A stretch of 45,641 nucleotides of DNA from an archaeon (GTDB taxonomy: Archaea; SpSt-1190; DYHY01). The notes below the pieces were generated by a model. The model was not told where the DNA came from. It worked only from the letters and a program-made list of their open reading frames with translations, and made no database searches. The stretch is taken from assembly GCA_037442745.1 (NCBI GenBank), contig JBBIPP010000011.1, positions 1-45,641 on the forward strand, written 5' to 3'. Position 1 is the stretch's first letter. The number at the start of each line of letters is the position of its first letter. The position numbers and the translations under genes are program-made. Positions 44,857 to 45,641 of this stretch are shown here, one piece after another.

Positions 44857-45641
44857 GAAGGCAGTAAGCAGCCTTATTGACGGGGTAAAGAAGAAACTAG
44901 AGGGCAAGCCGGAAGAAGAAATTGTTGAGGAAGTTTTCGATAAGGGTGTTGGGAAGGAAGAACTTTCTCTCAATGAAAATGAAGATGAAAAAGAAGAAAA
45001 ACGCAAAGAACCAGCCCCTTCAGTAGAAGAGGTGTCGGTTTCCGAAGAAATCCCGGAAACTGAAGAGGAAAAAGAACTGCTTCCCGGGGGGAAAATCGTT
45101 CCTGCCGAGCCCAAAGGAGAGACTGTCAAAGAAGCCTTTCCGGAACAATTCCCAGAAAAAGAAATTGTGGAAGAGATATCGGAAGATTTCCTTTCCCCTT
45201 CAAGGCAATTGCCGGAAACTCCCAAAGAGCCCGCTCCGCTGGCAATTGAAGAGATTGCAGAAGAACCAAAAATTCAAGATTCTGCAAAGGAACTTGTCGA
45301 AGAGCCGATTCCGGAAAAAATAGTTCCGTCGGCAATTGAAAAGCCGGAACTGCCTCCGGCTCAATTAGTCAAAGGGTCCGAGAAAAAGCCAGTCAAGACA
45401 ACGAGCCAACCGAAAAAAGTGGAGAAAACTGCAGCTCAGAAAAAAGCCATTCTTCCGGAATTGCCAAGTAAGAAAAAGGAAGAAAAAACACCGGCCACTT
45501 CGAAAAATGAGTCGGAGATCCCTGCTTTTGTTCCGGTCCCTGTTCCGGTCCCCGGTCCCCAGAAAGAAGAGCCTGTTATTGAAAAGGCTTCTCAGGTTGA
45601 GAGCGGGCCCAAAGAACTCTTGGGGGAACCCTTGGGTGAAC
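44840..45641 (+). CDS. ftsY: SRP receptor FtsY, partial (long acidic/Pro-rich N-terminal region)
   Basis: TTG start (MFGFLKK), open to the window end and E/P/K-rich. Conserved position after prefoldin. The GTPase domain is not within the window. Confidence 0.75.
   Translation, partial: MFGFLKKAVSSLIDGVKKKLEGKPEEEIVEEVFDKGVGKEELSLNENEDEKEEKRKEPAPSVEEVSVSEEIPETEEEKELLPGGKIVPAEPKGETVKEAFPEQFPEKEIVEEISEDFLSPSRQLPETPKEPAPLAIEEIAEEPKIQDSAKELVEEPIPEKIVPSAIEKPELPPAQLVKGSEKKPVKTTSQPKKVEKTAAQKKAILPELPSKKKEEKTPATSKNESEIPAFVPVPVPVPGPQKEEPVIEKASQVESGPKELLGEPLGE

Noticed and set aside
1-45641. Stop-codon reassignment to explain in-frame stops
   Set aside because: Conserved genes end properly with TAA, TAG and TGA, and the broken regions also contain frameshifts.
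1-45641. CRISPR array
   Set aside because: No regularly spaced repeat-spacer series seen. The repeats at the cassette ends lack spacers of CRISPR length.
1-45641. Frequent CAATTG, GAATTC and CCGGA words as a signal sequence
   Set aside because: Plausibly explained by host codon-pair usage (e.g. GCA-ATT-G, CCG-GAA). A codon-aware statistical test would be needed.

Overview
A chromosomal segment of an archaeon. The gene set and divergence suggest a DPANN-type lineage, which is an inference. Core genes: sepF, nop5 and fibrillarin, tsr3-rpl40e, RNase J, the nep1-rpp21-rps19e-PDCD5-rpl39e-rpl31e-eIF6-prefoldin-ftsY operon, and three tRNAs (Val-CAC, iMet-CAT, Val-TAC). Also present are a 10.7-kb type IV pilus locus (ATPase, two TadC, seven class III signal peptide proteins), a mevalonate decarboxylase with an Erg8-like phosphomevalonate kinase, a DPS-like ferritin and several decaying pseudogenes. 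The most striking feature is a ~6.06-kb cassette (22237-28299) with no recognisable recombinase. It is bounded by inverted repeats, a duplicated 7-9 bp target/core sequence and ~20-bp subterminal repeats. It carries a Type III restriction-modification system whose mod gene has an in-frame (AG)13 tract, making it a candidate mobile, phase-variable methyltransferase (phasevarion) in an archaeon. Other unexplained structure: two tRNA-Val loci with homologous non-coding flanks and tRNA 5' 'false starts', a ~104-bp IS200/IS605-type PATE, and a TadC fused to an Ig-like domain. All calls come from reading the sequence; no database searches were run.
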